Counted from the first letter of the stretch, positions 1 through 10,705 are shown. The stretch: DNA of 64,000 nt from Octopus sinensis (GCF_006345805.1 NC_042998.1:23746001-23810000); one strand, 5' to 3'. Numbers and translations: made by a program. The notes: generated by a model not told the origin, from the sequence alone.

Positions 1-142
1 GGGCATCCAGCTGTAGAAACACTGCCAGATCAGACTGGAGCCTGGTGCACCCTCCTGGTTTCCCAGGCCCCGGTCGAACCGTCCAACCCGTGCTAGCGCA
101 GAAAACGGACGTTAAACGACGATGATGATGATGATGATGATG
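1..142 (+). mobile_element. SINE-like family B, 3' end with (GAT)n tail (cut by window edge)
   Basis: gggcatccagctgtagaaac...ccaacccgtgctagc...ggacgttaaacgacgatgatgat; the same tail recurs more than 10 times in the window. Confidence 0.85.
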
Positions 143-545
143 TTCCCCTCTTGGATTCACACACTTGTTGCTGTGATCCTTCACTTTTTCTAAGCCCTCT
201 AAAAAAACTCAGGTTGGGTTTCCAACCAGGCTTTTTGTGACAAATTTAAAGCCGGGAACTTTTCAGCACCCACTTGTATATTATAATATTATTTATACTG
301 TATATGATAATTTATAATATTTAATAATTATAGAAATGATAGTGACAAATACTAATTATAGCAAAACTAAGCTGATATGATTAAGCTTAACTGCTAAGTG
401 ATTTGAACTCAGCACTGATATTAAATGAGATATAGGGTGGTGAGCTGGCAGAATTGACAGCATGCCAGGTATTTCTTCTTAGTTTTCATTCTGAGTTCAA
501 ATACCGGAAATTTATAACTTAAATCTGTTCTGTTAAATATACAAA

Positions 546-771
546 GTTACTGACAACAAAATACTGAACTGGTGACTAGATATTAATGACATTGCTAAGT
601 GTTACACTATGGGTTTATAATATGAATAGATGATATATATGCAGATATATATACCAGTACTGGTATATATATCTGCATATATATCATCTATTCATATTAT
701 AAACCCATAGTGTAACACTTAGCAATGTCATTAATATCTAGTCACCATTTCAGTGTTTTGTTGTCAGGAAC
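546..771. repeat. Spacerless palindrome (perfect 178-bp core, imperfect 24-bp outer arms)
   Basis: Position x pairs with 1317-x; perfect 570-747 around centre ccagtactgg; mismatches only at 549/768, 562/755 and 569/748. Confidence 0.95.
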
Positions 772-774
772 CTT

Positions 775-1058
775 GTCGGTAACGACGACGAGGGTCCCAG
801 CTGATACAATCAATGGAACAGCCTGCTCATGAAATTAATGTGCAAGTGACTGAGCAATCCACAGACATGTATACACCTAACGGAGTTCTCAGGGAGATTC
901 AGCATGACACAAAGTGTGACAAGGCTGGCCCTTTGAAATACAGGTACTACTCATTTTTGCATTGTGAAATAAAGTGTCTTGCTCAAGGACACACTGCGTC
1001 ACCGGGAATCGAACTCACGTCCTTACAATCATGAGCCGAATGCCCTAACCACTAAGCC
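775..1058 (-). mobile_element. tRNA-headed SINE family D
   Basis: Minus strand shows a tRNA-like head (tggttagggcattcggc...gagttcgattcccgg), CORE-like tgtgtccttgagcaagacac, and a body shared with the copies at 33020, 49478 and 51512. Confidence 0.75.
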
Positions 1059-1074
1059 ACGAGGTTTCACAGTA

Positions 1075-1255
1075 CTAGTGCCATGTAAAAAGCACTCCAT
1101 CCACTCTGTAAGATGGTTGATGTTAGGGTGGGTATCCAGATGTAAAAAACCCTGCCAAAACACAGTGAAACTTGGGGCAGTCTTCTGCCTAGCCAGCTCC
1201 TGTCAAACTATCCAACTCATGCCAGCATGGAAAACGGATGCTAGATGATGATGAT
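1075..1255 (+). mobile_element. Family B 3' fragment
   Basis: gtgccatgtaaaaagcac...ccaactcatgccagcatggaaaacggatgctagatgatgatg. Confidence 0.75.
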
Positions 1256-1311
1256 ATATTGAATGAAAAATATGTTATAGGTAGATGCTGCAATATTCCT
1301 ACTGAATAGAT

Positions 1312-1580
1312 AGATGAAGGAAAATATATAAGGTGATTATTAAGTCACACATATTTGAACATGGGCAAAAATCTTTGATCAACTGTAATTATCTTTGCAA
1401 TTAGCAGGCAAAACTCTAGCTAGGAGTTTTTCTCTTGAGATATGAAGCACTTTTAAACAAGCAGATGAAAGAAGACGAAGAAAGTGATAATTAAGTCAGA
1501 TATATGAATATGGGCAAAAATATTTGAACAACTGTGATTATCTCTGTAATTAGCAGACAACTTCAGCTGGAATTTTTGTG
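1312..1580. repeat. Diverged local tandem duplication, ~150-bp period
   Basis: agatgaa...gtgattattaagtca...atgggcaaaaat.tttga.caactgt.attatct.tg.aattagcag occurs twice. Confidence 0.7.
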
Positions 1581-2299
1581 CGATACAATGCATCCTTAGA
1601 TGGAGTTTTATGTCTATCAGTTGCTAAGATAATCTCAGTTAATTGTGGTTTTTCAACTCACTTTAATACATATATGAAACCCTGCTGTATTGTTGTTTAG
1701 TAGGCAGAATGATCCCTTTAAGACATTTTTCCTTGGCCATGTTGTTGATAAAAATATGTAGTTTTGCAGAAAAAAATGAGAACTGACAGGTTTAACATGC
1801 TTGTGGTTGTACATCTGAGAATAGAAGCTTGGCAAAAATGTGAGAAAAGGCTTCAAAAAACAACATAAACAAACAAACAAAACTAAAAATAAATAAAGCA
1901 AAATAAAACATTTTATTTTGCATAATGAAAAATTAAATTACTTTAATCACTCTTAAGAGTTCCATGGGATTTGTCAGCTTGTTTCACTATTAAAGCTTAC
2001 TGTTTTTCACTAATAAATGAAGGATTATCTCTCATTCTTTTGTCATCAAGTTATGAGATTATCAATCTTGTAACATGATGACAATAACAAAATTCGTTTC
2101 CATTTTATACAATTTCTTACAAAATTTAAAATTTCTTACAAACTTTATAATCCACTTATAGTAATATTTTTAATTTACAAAAAAAACACACAAAAAATGT
2201 CCTTTCTATTATAGTCACAAAGCCTGAAAAATATAATAAATAAATAGTAATGATTCTATTAATTATTAAAAAGTAAAAATGAAACCAATTTATACGCCA

Positions 2300-3125
2300 C
2301 CATGAGCGCTACATCATTTGTGTGATGTGGAAAATATTCCATGAATATTGCACAAATGATACTGGCATCAATTTCAAAAACTACCCAAGACTTGGCCCCC
2401 GTGCTATCCACCCACTACAAAAATTGAACTCAAGACACATAACAACATTACAACACAACTATTTTACCTCAACTGGTCCAGCTCTCTTTAATATTATTAC
2501 CAAAATACATCAAAACAGAAACCGATCCCATACAATTTTACTCTTTTACTCTTTTACTTTACTTGTTTCAGGCATTTGACTGCGGCCATGCTGGAGCACC
2601 GCCTTTGGTCGAGCAAATCGACCCCGGGACTAATTCTCTGTAAGTCCAGTACTTATTCTATTGGTCTCTTTTGCTGAACCGCTAAGTGATGGGGATGTAA
2701 ACACACTAGCATCGGTTGTCAAGCAATGCTAGGGGGACAAACACAGACACACAAACACACACACACATATATACGACAGGCTTTTTTCAGTTTCCGTCTA
2801 CCAAATCCACTCACAAGGCATTGGTCGGCCCAGGGCTATAGCAGAAGACACTTGCCCAAGATGCCACGCAGTGGGACTGAACCCGGAACCATGTGGTTGG
2901 TAAACAAGCTACTTACCACACAGCCACTCCTGCGCCTACAATTCAAAAGTTCTCTGGATAAATTTCTCCAAAAAATCCTGGACCAACCTCCGGCACCCGG
3001 ATATGACTCCAACAATAATAACTCTTTGCTAGCGTGGGCTACGGTGTCCCATATGTGACTGAGGTCTGAATCATGATCTAAAAAGACTTCACCAGGTGGT
3101 GCTGTTAAGTTAGACATGGTCTGGG
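2300..3125 (+). mobile_element. CR1-like LINE 3' fragment interrupted by a family A SINE
   Basis: Translated remnants YPRLGPRAIHP...TLQHNYFTSTGPALFNII and FKSSLDKFLQKILDQP..PGY...NSLL resemble CR1-group ORF2 C-termini; the two halves are separated by the SINE and its TSD. Confidence 0.6.
2538..2936 (-). mobile_element. Family A SINE (tRNA head, CORE-like segment, internal (CA/TA)n, (AGTAAAAG)n tail), full length
   Basis: A box ggagtggctgtgtggtaag, B box ggttcagtccc, ccttgggcaagtgtc; 7-bp TSD tacaatt at 2531-2537 and 2937-2943. Confidence 0.9.
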
Positions 3126-3242
3126 TCTATACCGGCCAAAACCTATGTTATATAAGTTATAGATTTCACAGAACCTACATAACTCATTACATTTGAGAAT
3201 GGTTCTTGTTTTATTGGTGAAAAATAGAGGATAAAGTGATGT

Positions 3243-3726
3243 TTGATAGGAATTTCAACCGTGTTTCGTGGTCTGCTACCACAACAGCTCCTTTATAGGA
3301 TCCAGTTAGCTGAAGACTTCATCAGGAGGAACCATGTCTGGTTTCGGCCCCTACTCCTCTACCGTTTTGATGTGGCAGGGTCTCCCCTTTCGGAGGTGTC
3401 TTCAGCTCTGGTATTGGGTGCATGTCTTCTTTCTTCTTCTTTCTTCTGTTCCCTGGCCTCTTTGATGTAGAATTTAGTGGTCATTCTTGCTACCTCGTTG
3501 TCAAATTTTTTATAACTTGCTGCGTCTTTTGCTTTCGGCCACTTAATCTTTGTCCTCTTCACGCCTATCACTCTTTTTGACTGTCCCAATTCAACTGTGG
3601 AATGAACCTCACTATGGTTATTTTCCAGGAGGTTCTGGCCACACGTCTTATGGTTTATCAACCTGTGTTGTTGAATTACTTTCTTTTGATACACCTTCCC
3701 TTGGTGGATTCTCAGCCCGATGTAAC
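3243..3726 (-). mobile_element. Hero/NeSL-like (RLE-type) non-LTR retrotransposon N-terminal fragment
   Basis: In-frame YIGLRIHQGK...NNHSE...KRTKIKWPKAKDAASYKKFDNEV matches my recollection of the GLKIHQGK...IKWP motif at the N-terminus of Hero/NeSL ORFs. Confidence 0.55.
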
Positions 3727-3730
3727 TTAA

Positions 3731-3949
3731 CCCTTTAGTGTTCTGATTATTCTATCAAACATAATGCTTATTGATTCACATTGATTTGAATTAATCATGC
3801 ATTATCTCATATCTTCAAGATCTTGATAGTGTAATTACTTAATGTAGAATAACATTGTAGGGTAGGTGTGAGAGCCTGGATCTGGTCAGTTTGAACATAA
3901 AACAGATTAAATATTTTGGCTGGATATGGCCGGTTTAAATACTAAAGGG
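3731..3949. mobile_element. piggyBac-type MITE
   Basis: TTAA|ccctttagtg ... tactaaaggg|TTAA; TTAA at 3727-3730 and 3950-3953. Confidence 0.85.
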
Positions 3950-4344
3950 TTAAACAGAATTTTACTTTACCAAAACTTCTTTCATACCAATGATAAATAA
4001 ACATTGTTAGATTATGCTTAATGCAACCAAATAAGAACAAGGGAAACAAAATAGAAATAAAAAAATAAATAGTTGATGGACTTGTGGCACAAAGAAAAAT
4101 AGAAAGTAAAATCTGATGCCTGAAGAAATTGGTGAGAATCTGAGCTAGCAACAATTAATCAAAAGGAAAATTTATAGAATGTCAGTTAAGTTCAAATGTG
4201 ATTGAGGAGTTGAAAGTCTAATGTTTCTGGTTATTGCTCTTTGATGGAGGGTAGAGAAAAAAAGAAAAAGGAGCTGTTTGACTGGTTGACACACAAAAAT
4301 AAACTTGTTGGCAATTCACGTATCTAATACATCTTTATGTTTCA

Positions 4345-4945
4345 AGCCAATTGAGACCCCCTTTCGGTCATGAATGACCATGGGATTGCACCTAGAAAAT
4401 TACCCTCCCAGGCACAAGTCCGGGCAAGGTTGTTTATGGAAGACCAGCAGTCACCCATGCATACCTATTTCTTTATTACCCACAAGGGGCTAAACATAGA
4501 GGGGACAAACAAGGACAGACATAGGTATTAAGTCGATTATATTGACCCCAGTGCGTAACTGGTACTTAATTTATCAACCCCGAAAGGATGAAAGGCAAAG
4601 TCGACCTCGGTGGAATTTGAACTCAGAACGTAACGGCAGACGAAATACAGCTACGTATTTTGCCCGGCGTGCTAACGTTTCTGTCAGCTCGCTGCCTTTT
4701 TTCTGCCAGCTCACCCATGCATACTGGCCTCCCCTCTCCATACCACCAGTGTTATCCATGGGAAAGGCAAAGGGGCCGATACAGCTTGGCACCTGTGACG
4801 TCGCAACTCATTTCTACAGCTGAGTGAACAGGAGCATCGTGAAATAAAATGTCTTGCTCAAGAACACAACACACAGCCTGGTCTGGGATTTGAACTCACA
4901 ACCTCATGATTGTAAGCTCGACGCTCTAACCACTGAGCCATGTGC
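4345..4945 (-). mobile_element. tRNA-headed SINE family E, interrupted by family C
   Basis: Head tggctcagtggttagagcgtc...gtgagttcaaatcc; the uninterrupted paralog at 51935-52125 shows the empty site. Confidence 0.75.
4465..4710 (-). mobile_element. Family C SINE monomer with Tx1-like 3' tail
   Basis: Head ggcagcgagctgacagaaacgttagcacgcc, B-box-like gagttcaaattcc, body gactttgcctttcatcctttcggggt; 14-bp TSD tcacccatgcatac at 4451-4464 and 4711-4724. Confidence 0.9.
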
Positions 4946-5029
4946 CTTCAAGCCAATGATGGGGCTTTTATGCAGTCATTTGAACTTTTGTTATTAGTAA
5001 CCAAATATCTCTCAACATATGCTGCAGCC

Positions 5030-5225
5030 ACGTATGAAGCACCCCTGCTGGTGCCACATAAGAAGCACCTTGTAAACCCTGTTAAATGGTTGATGTTAGG
5101 AAGGGCATCCAGCCATAGAAACCATGCCAGAGCAGACAAGTGGAGCCTGGTGCAGCTCTCTGGTTGGACAGCTCCTGTCAAACTTTCCAACCTATGTCAC
5201 ATGGAAAATAGATGTTAAATGATGA
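5030..5225 (+). mobile_element. Family B 3' fragment
   Basis: gatgttaggaagggcatccagcc...catggaaaatagatgttaaatgatgat. Confidence 0.7.
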
Positions 5226-5259
5226 TAATAATAATAATAATGAAATTATTGTATACAGT

Positions 5260-6285
5260 GCTCAGGTGCACCACAATGCTCAGGTGCACCACAATGCTCA
5301 GGTGCACCACAATGCTCAGGTGCACCACAGTGCTCAGGTGCACCACAATGCTCAGGTGCACCACAATGCTCAGGTGCACCACAGTGCTCAGGTGCACCAC
5401 AATGCTCAGGTGCACCACAGTGCTCAGGTGCACCACAATGCTCAGGTGCACCACAATGCTCAGGTGCACCACAATGCTCAGGTACACCACAGTGCTCAGG
5501 TGCACCACAATGCTCAGGTGCACCACAATGCTCAGGTGCACCACAATGCTCAGGTGCACCACAATGCTCAGGTGCACCACAATGCTCAGGTGCACCATAA
5601 TGCTCAGGTGCACCACAATGCTCAGGTGCACCACAGTGCTCAGGTACACCACAGTGCTCAGGTGCACCACAATGCTCAGGTGCACCACAATGCTCAGGTA
5701 CACCACAGTGCTCAGGTGCACCACAATGCTCAGGTGCACCACAATGCTCAGGTGCACCACAATGCTCAGGTGCACCACAGTGCTCAGGTGCACCACAATG
5801 CTCAGGTGCACCACAATGCTCAGGTGCACCACAGTGCTCAGGTGCACCACAATGCTCAGGTGCACCACAGTGCTCAGGTGCACCACAATGCTCAGGTGCA
5901 CCACAATGCTCAGGTGCACCACAATGCTCAGGTACACCACAGTGCTCAGGTGCACCACAATGCTCAGGTGCACCACAATGCTCAGGTGCACCACAATGCT
6001 CAGGTGCACCACAATGCTCAGGTGCACCACAATGCTCAGGTGCACCATAATGCTCAGGTGCACCACAATGCTCAGGTGCACCACAGTGCTCAGGTGCACC
6101 ACAATGCTCAGGTGCACCACAATGCTCAGGTGCACCACAATGCTCAGGTGCACCACAATGCTCAGGTGCACCACAATGCTCAGGTGCACCACAATGCCCA
6201 GGTGCACCACAATGCTCAGGTGCACCACAATGCTCAGGTGCACCACAATGCTCAGGTGCACCACAATGCTCAGGTGCACCATAAT
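5260..6285. repeat. 18-bp minisatellite, 57 units (gctcaggtgcaccacaat), derived from a CR1-like 3' terminus
   Basis: 1026 bp equals 57 x 18; it is preceded by aatgaaattattgtatacagt, identical to the LINE ends at 24556, 43107 and (reverse) 13350. Confidence 0.95.
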
Positions 6286-6298
6286 GATTATGACAGTA

Positions 6299-6522
6299 TA
6301 CTCTTTTTACTCTTTTACTTGTTTCAGTCATTTGACTGTGGCCATACTGGAGCACCACCTTTAGCCGAGCAAATCGACCCCAGGACTTATTGTTTGTAAG
6401 CCTAGTACTTATTCTATAGGCCTCTTTTGCCAAACTGCTAAGTGCCGGGGACATAAACACACCAGTTGTCAAGCGATGTTGGGGAGACAAACACAGACAC
6501 ATGAACATATACACACACATAC

Positions 6523-6602
<80 letters not shown>

Positions 6603-6768
6603 ACGACAGGCTTCTTTCAGTTTCCGTCTACCAAATCCACTCACAAGGCTTTGGTCGGCCTGAGGCTATAGTAGAAGACACTTGCCCAAGGTGCCATGCA
6701 GTGGGACTGAACTTGGGACCATGTGGTTTGGGGAGCAAGCTGCTTACCACACAGCCGCTCCTACACCT
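6299..6768 (-). mobile_element. Family A SINE, full length, long (TA)n at ~6525-6602
   Basis: Same head, core and tail as the 2538 copy. Confidence 0.9.
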
Positions 6769-6865
6769 AAATCTTTTTCCAGAACAGATCACAAGGTAAT
6801 CCTGGATAAACTTTTTATCTAGGAAAAAAAAAAAAAGAAGGCTTTATAAAATATTTTTGATCATA

Positions 6866-7389
6866 GTCGCAGGTGTGGCTGTGTGGTAAGGAGCTTGCTT
6901 ATCAGCCACATGGTTCCTGGTTCAGTCCCACTGTGCGGTACCTTGGGTAGGTGTCTTCTACTAAAGCCTTGGGCTGACCAAAGCCTTGTAAGCGGATTTG
7001 GTAGACAGAAACTGAAAGAAGCCCATCACACACACACACATAAATCAAAAATCAAAATCAAAAGCAAATCAAAATTGAAATTAAATTGAAATTGTAGTTG
7101 TGGCTGATGCCAGTGCCGCCTGATTGGCACCCATGCTGGTGGCACATAATAAGCACCATTTAAGTGTGGGTTGATGCCAATGTTACCTGACTGGCTCCCA
7201 TGCCAGTGGCATATAAAAAGCTCCCACTACACTCTCAGAGTGGTTGGCATTAGGAAGGGCATCAAGCTGTAGAAAAAATTTGTAAGATCAGATTGGAGTT
7301 TGGCGCAGCCTCCTGTCTTGCCAGTCCCCAGTCAAATCGTCCAACCCATGCCAGCATGGAAAGCAGACGTTAAACGATGATGATGATGT
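6866..7389 (+). mobile_element. Chimeric SINE: family A head plus family B body and (GAT)n tail
   Basis: gtcgcaggtgtggctgtgtggtaag...gaaagaagcccatcacac, an (AAAATC)-like linker, then gtggctgatgccagtgcc...ggacgttaaacgatga-type tail. Confidence 0.75.
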
Positions 7390-7574
7390 AGACCAAAGAG
7401 TAGATTAGGCAGTGCTGTTAGTCATAACAGTTTTCTTGATGATAGGGGGAAAGTTGCTGAACAGTTTCAGCTTTGTTTACCAATATAGTGGTAGCTCTGG
7501 AGCACAGTATGGTTGTATGAGGTTTTAAATATATATTATCTTGTATTTTGAAAGTAATTTTCATCTCAGGACAG

Positions 7575-7755
7575 AGAAGTGGTTTGGCTAGTGTGTTTAC
7601 ATCCCCATAACTTAGTGGTCCAGCAAAAGAGACCGATAAAATAAGTACCAGGCTTAAAAAAAGATAAGTACTGGAATTGACTTACTCAGTTAAAATTCTT
7701 CAAGGCGGTGCCCCAGCATAGCCACAGTCTAATAACTGAAACAAACAAAAGCTGA
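7575..7755 (+). mobile_element. Family A 3' half
   Basis: gtgtgtttacatccccataacttag...ccccagcatagccacagtc...actgaaac. Confidence 0.7.
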
Positions 7756-8040
7756 AAGATGAGGCCACACACATACACACAGTTTTATTTATTGGTAACT
7801 AGAATTTTGTGAAATATGCTTGTGTTCTAGTGACTTATAGGAAATTGGGTTGTGGAGTTCCCATCGCAGAATGATTTGTGAGATACATTTGTCAGGAACG
7901 TGAAAGACTTGAAGCTGATTGAAGACAAGATTTACAGGTGAATGAGAAAGGAGATCTGTAAGGTATTGCCCAGGAATGAATGTGTGATTAGACTTAACTA
8001 TGGATATGAAAAAGTTAGTGAAGAACATACATAAATATAT

Positions 8041-8457
8041 ATTTCTTTACTACCCACAAGGGGCCAAACACAGAGGGGACAAACAAGGACAGACAAACGG
8101 ATTAAGTCGATTACATCGACCCCAGTACGAAACTGGTACTTTATTTATCGACCCCGAAAGGATGAAAGGTAAAGTTGACCTCGGCGGAATTTGAACTCAG
8201 AACGTAACGACAGACGAAATACCTATTTCTTTACTACCCACAAGGGGCTAAACACAGAGGGAACAAACAAGGACAGATTAAGTCGATTAAGTCGATTACA
8301 TCGACTCCAGTGCGCAACTGGTACTTTATTTATCGACCCCGAAAGGATGAAAGGTAAAGTTGACCTCGGCGGAATTTGAACTCAGAATGTAACGACAGAT
8401 GAAATACCGCTAAGCATTTCGCCCGGCGCGCTAACATTTCTGCCAGCTTGCCGTCCT
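8041..8457 (-). mobile_element. Family C SINE head-to-tail dimer
   Basis: Two units joined at gacgaaatac|ctatttctttac; degenerate 19-bp TSD aagaacatacataaatata (8021-8039) and aagtacatacaaaaatata (8458-8476). Confidence 0.85.
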
Positions 8458-8767
8458 AAGTACATACAAAAATATACTGAAAGAGAATTAGCTTCTTTCA
8501 CTGGGGTCTTGTCTATTTGCCTGACTGTTCTAAATAGAGCATGAATACCTGTAAGGTTCCTAATATGTTTTTGCATGAATGACTGGTGGATTTGGTTTCA
8601 GTATTGTTAATACGTCAAAGTGAGTTACAATTTCTATCATTGTAAAGATTTTTTCATGTGTATTTCTCCCTTGATGGGTATGATTGTTTAACTAGGTCAT
8701 TTGTTGTTAACAATTCTTAAATTGACTGCTATAATTAGATTCATCATTATTTTCCTATTTTCATTTG

Positions 8768-8791
8768 TTATTATTATTATCATTATTATTA

Positions 8792-8840
<49 letters not shown>

Positions 8841-8863
8841 CATCATCATCATCATCATCATCA

Positions 8864-8912
<49 letters not shown>

Positions 8913-8944
8913 CATCATCATCATCATCATCATCATCATTATTA

Positions 8945-8993
<49 letters not shown>

Positions 8994-8995
8994 TG
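8768..8995. repeat. (ATT)n/(ATC)n compound microsatellite
   Basis: Direct reading. Confidence 0.95.
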
Positions 8996-9357
8996 TCATA
9001 TTTCTGGTGATTATATTAATATATTCAAAATGCTCTCAGCATAAAAATAACATTTGTATAGGGTTGAAAGAAAAATATTTTTTTATGTCCAGAATACAAT
9101 GAGAACACTATGCATGGTTAATAATTGGTTGATAAGTGTCAAACATGCTTCCCTACAATTTTTCACCTATAGACCCATTTGATTCCAGTTTTACTCCACT
9201 GGACCCCCTACCCCCAACCCAGAGCCATTTGATGTTTAAAAAGTCCTATTGTTTTTTGTTTTTTTTATAATAAAATGCTATTAGGAATTGAATAAAAGTT
9301 GTTAAAATATTTTGTATGTTGTAGAAGTATGAACAATTTGATCAAGCCTAACTTAAG

Positions 9358-9855
9358 TCATCATCATCATCATCATCATCTTCATCATCGTTTAACGTCC
9401 GTTTTCTAAGCTGGCATGGGTTGGATAGTTTGACAGAGGTCTTGAGAGCCAGCAGCTGCACCAGGCTCCAATCTGATCTGGCAATATTTCTGCAGCTGGA
9501 TGCCCTTCCTATCATCAACCATTCCAAGAGTGCAGTGGTTGCTTTTTACATGCCACCGGCTTGGGAGCCAGTCAGGCAGGCCTGGCATTAATGTTTTGGA
9601 TGGTGCTTTTTATGTGCCACCTGTATGAGAGCCAGTCAGAGTGTACTGGCATTGGCCACGTTCGGATGGTGCTTTTTATGTGCCACCGGTATGAGAGCCA
9701 GTCAGCGGGTACTGGCATTGGCCACGTTTGGTTGGTGCTTTTTACGTGCCACTGGCACGGGAACCAGTCGGGGGTACTTGCATCAGCCACATTTGGATGG
9801 TGCTTTTTACATGCCACCAACATGGGAGCCAGTTGGAGGTACTGGCCTTGGCCAC
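9358..9855 (-). mobile_element. Family B element with internal ~55-60-bp tandem subrepeats
   Basis: (CAT)n tail, then ggtgctttttatgtgccac...gagccagtc...ggcattggccacg repeated about five times. Confidence 0.8.
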
Positions 9856-9879
9856 GTTATATAATAATTCTTTCTACTA

Positions 9880-10105
9880 TAGGCACAAGGCACAAAATTT
9901 TGTGGAGAGGGCAAAGTAATTACACTGACGCGAAAGAATGAAAGGCAAACTCAATCTAATAATAATGATTCCACATTTTGGCACAGGGACAGAAATTTCA
10001 TGGGAGTTATAAGTTGATTACTTATTTCATTGACCAAGAAAGGATGGGAGTTGACCTCAGTGGAATTTAATCTTTTAAAGTAAAGACAGATGAAACATGC
10101 TAATG
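9880..10105 (-). mobile_element. Family C variant (C2: same head and body, different tail)
   Basis: gttgacctcagtggaattt..., with tail side ttttggcacagggac instead of the Tx1-like tail. Confidence 0.55.
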
Positions 10106-10106
10106 A

Positions 10107-10472
10107 ATAGCTGTGTGTTAAGAAGCTTGTTCCTCAATCACATGGTTCCAGGTTCAGTCCCACAGTGCAGCACATTGGGCAAGTGTCTTCTACTATAGCC
10201 TCAGGCCGACCAAAGCCTTGTAAGTGGATTTGGTAGATGGAAACCGTAAAGAAGCCCATCGTATATATATGTTTGTGTGTGTATGTGTTTGTGTCCACCC
10301 AACATCGCTTGACAACTGATGTTGGTGTGTTTATGTCCCCATAACCTAGCGGTTTGGCAAAAGAGACTGATAGAATAGGTAATGGGCTTACAAAGAATAA
10401 GTCCTGGGGTCAATTTCTTTGACTAAAAGGTGGTGCTCCAGCATGACTGAAATAACTGAAACCAGTAAAAGG
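10107..10472 (+). mobile_element. Family A SINE
   Basis: Head, core and tail recognisable. Confidence 0.8.
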
Positions 10473-10496
10473 AAACACACTGCCTTAATCAATCTA

Positions 10497-10686
10497 ATAA
10501 CGGTTTCAAATTTTGGCACAAGGCCAGCAAGTTTGGGTATGGTGGGGTAGTTCATTTGCATCGACCCCAAAAGGTTGAAAGGTAAAATCAACCTTGGTGG
10601 AATTTGAACTCAGAACATAAAAAAAGCATAAAATGTTGCTAAGCATTTTACCTGGTGTGCTAATGATTCCACCAGTTCAGTGCCTT
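10497..10686 (-). mobile_element. Family C2 SINE
   Basis: ttttggcacaaggccagc...atcgaccccaaaaggttgaaaggtaaaatcaaccttggtggaatttgaactcagaac. Confidence 0.6.
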
Positions 10687-10705
10687 AATTAACCTAATAA
10701 TAATG

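Noticed and set aside
3255-3330. ctgatga...cgaaac on the minus strand as a hammerhead ribozyme
   Set aside because: Stem II does not close directly onto GAAA and stem I pairing is poor.
5260-6285. CRISPR-like array
   Set aside because: The units are contiguous with no unique spacers, no cas genes are present, and the context is eukaryotic.
5212-6520. Long ORFs (AQVHHN)n, (LRCTTM)n, (IVVHLS)n and (HCGAPE)n, including a His-rich one reminiscent of histidine-rich structural proteins
   Set aside because: An 18-bp unit without stops opens five of six frames automatically. The starts and ends lie in SINE and LINE tails, and the unit is LINE-derived.
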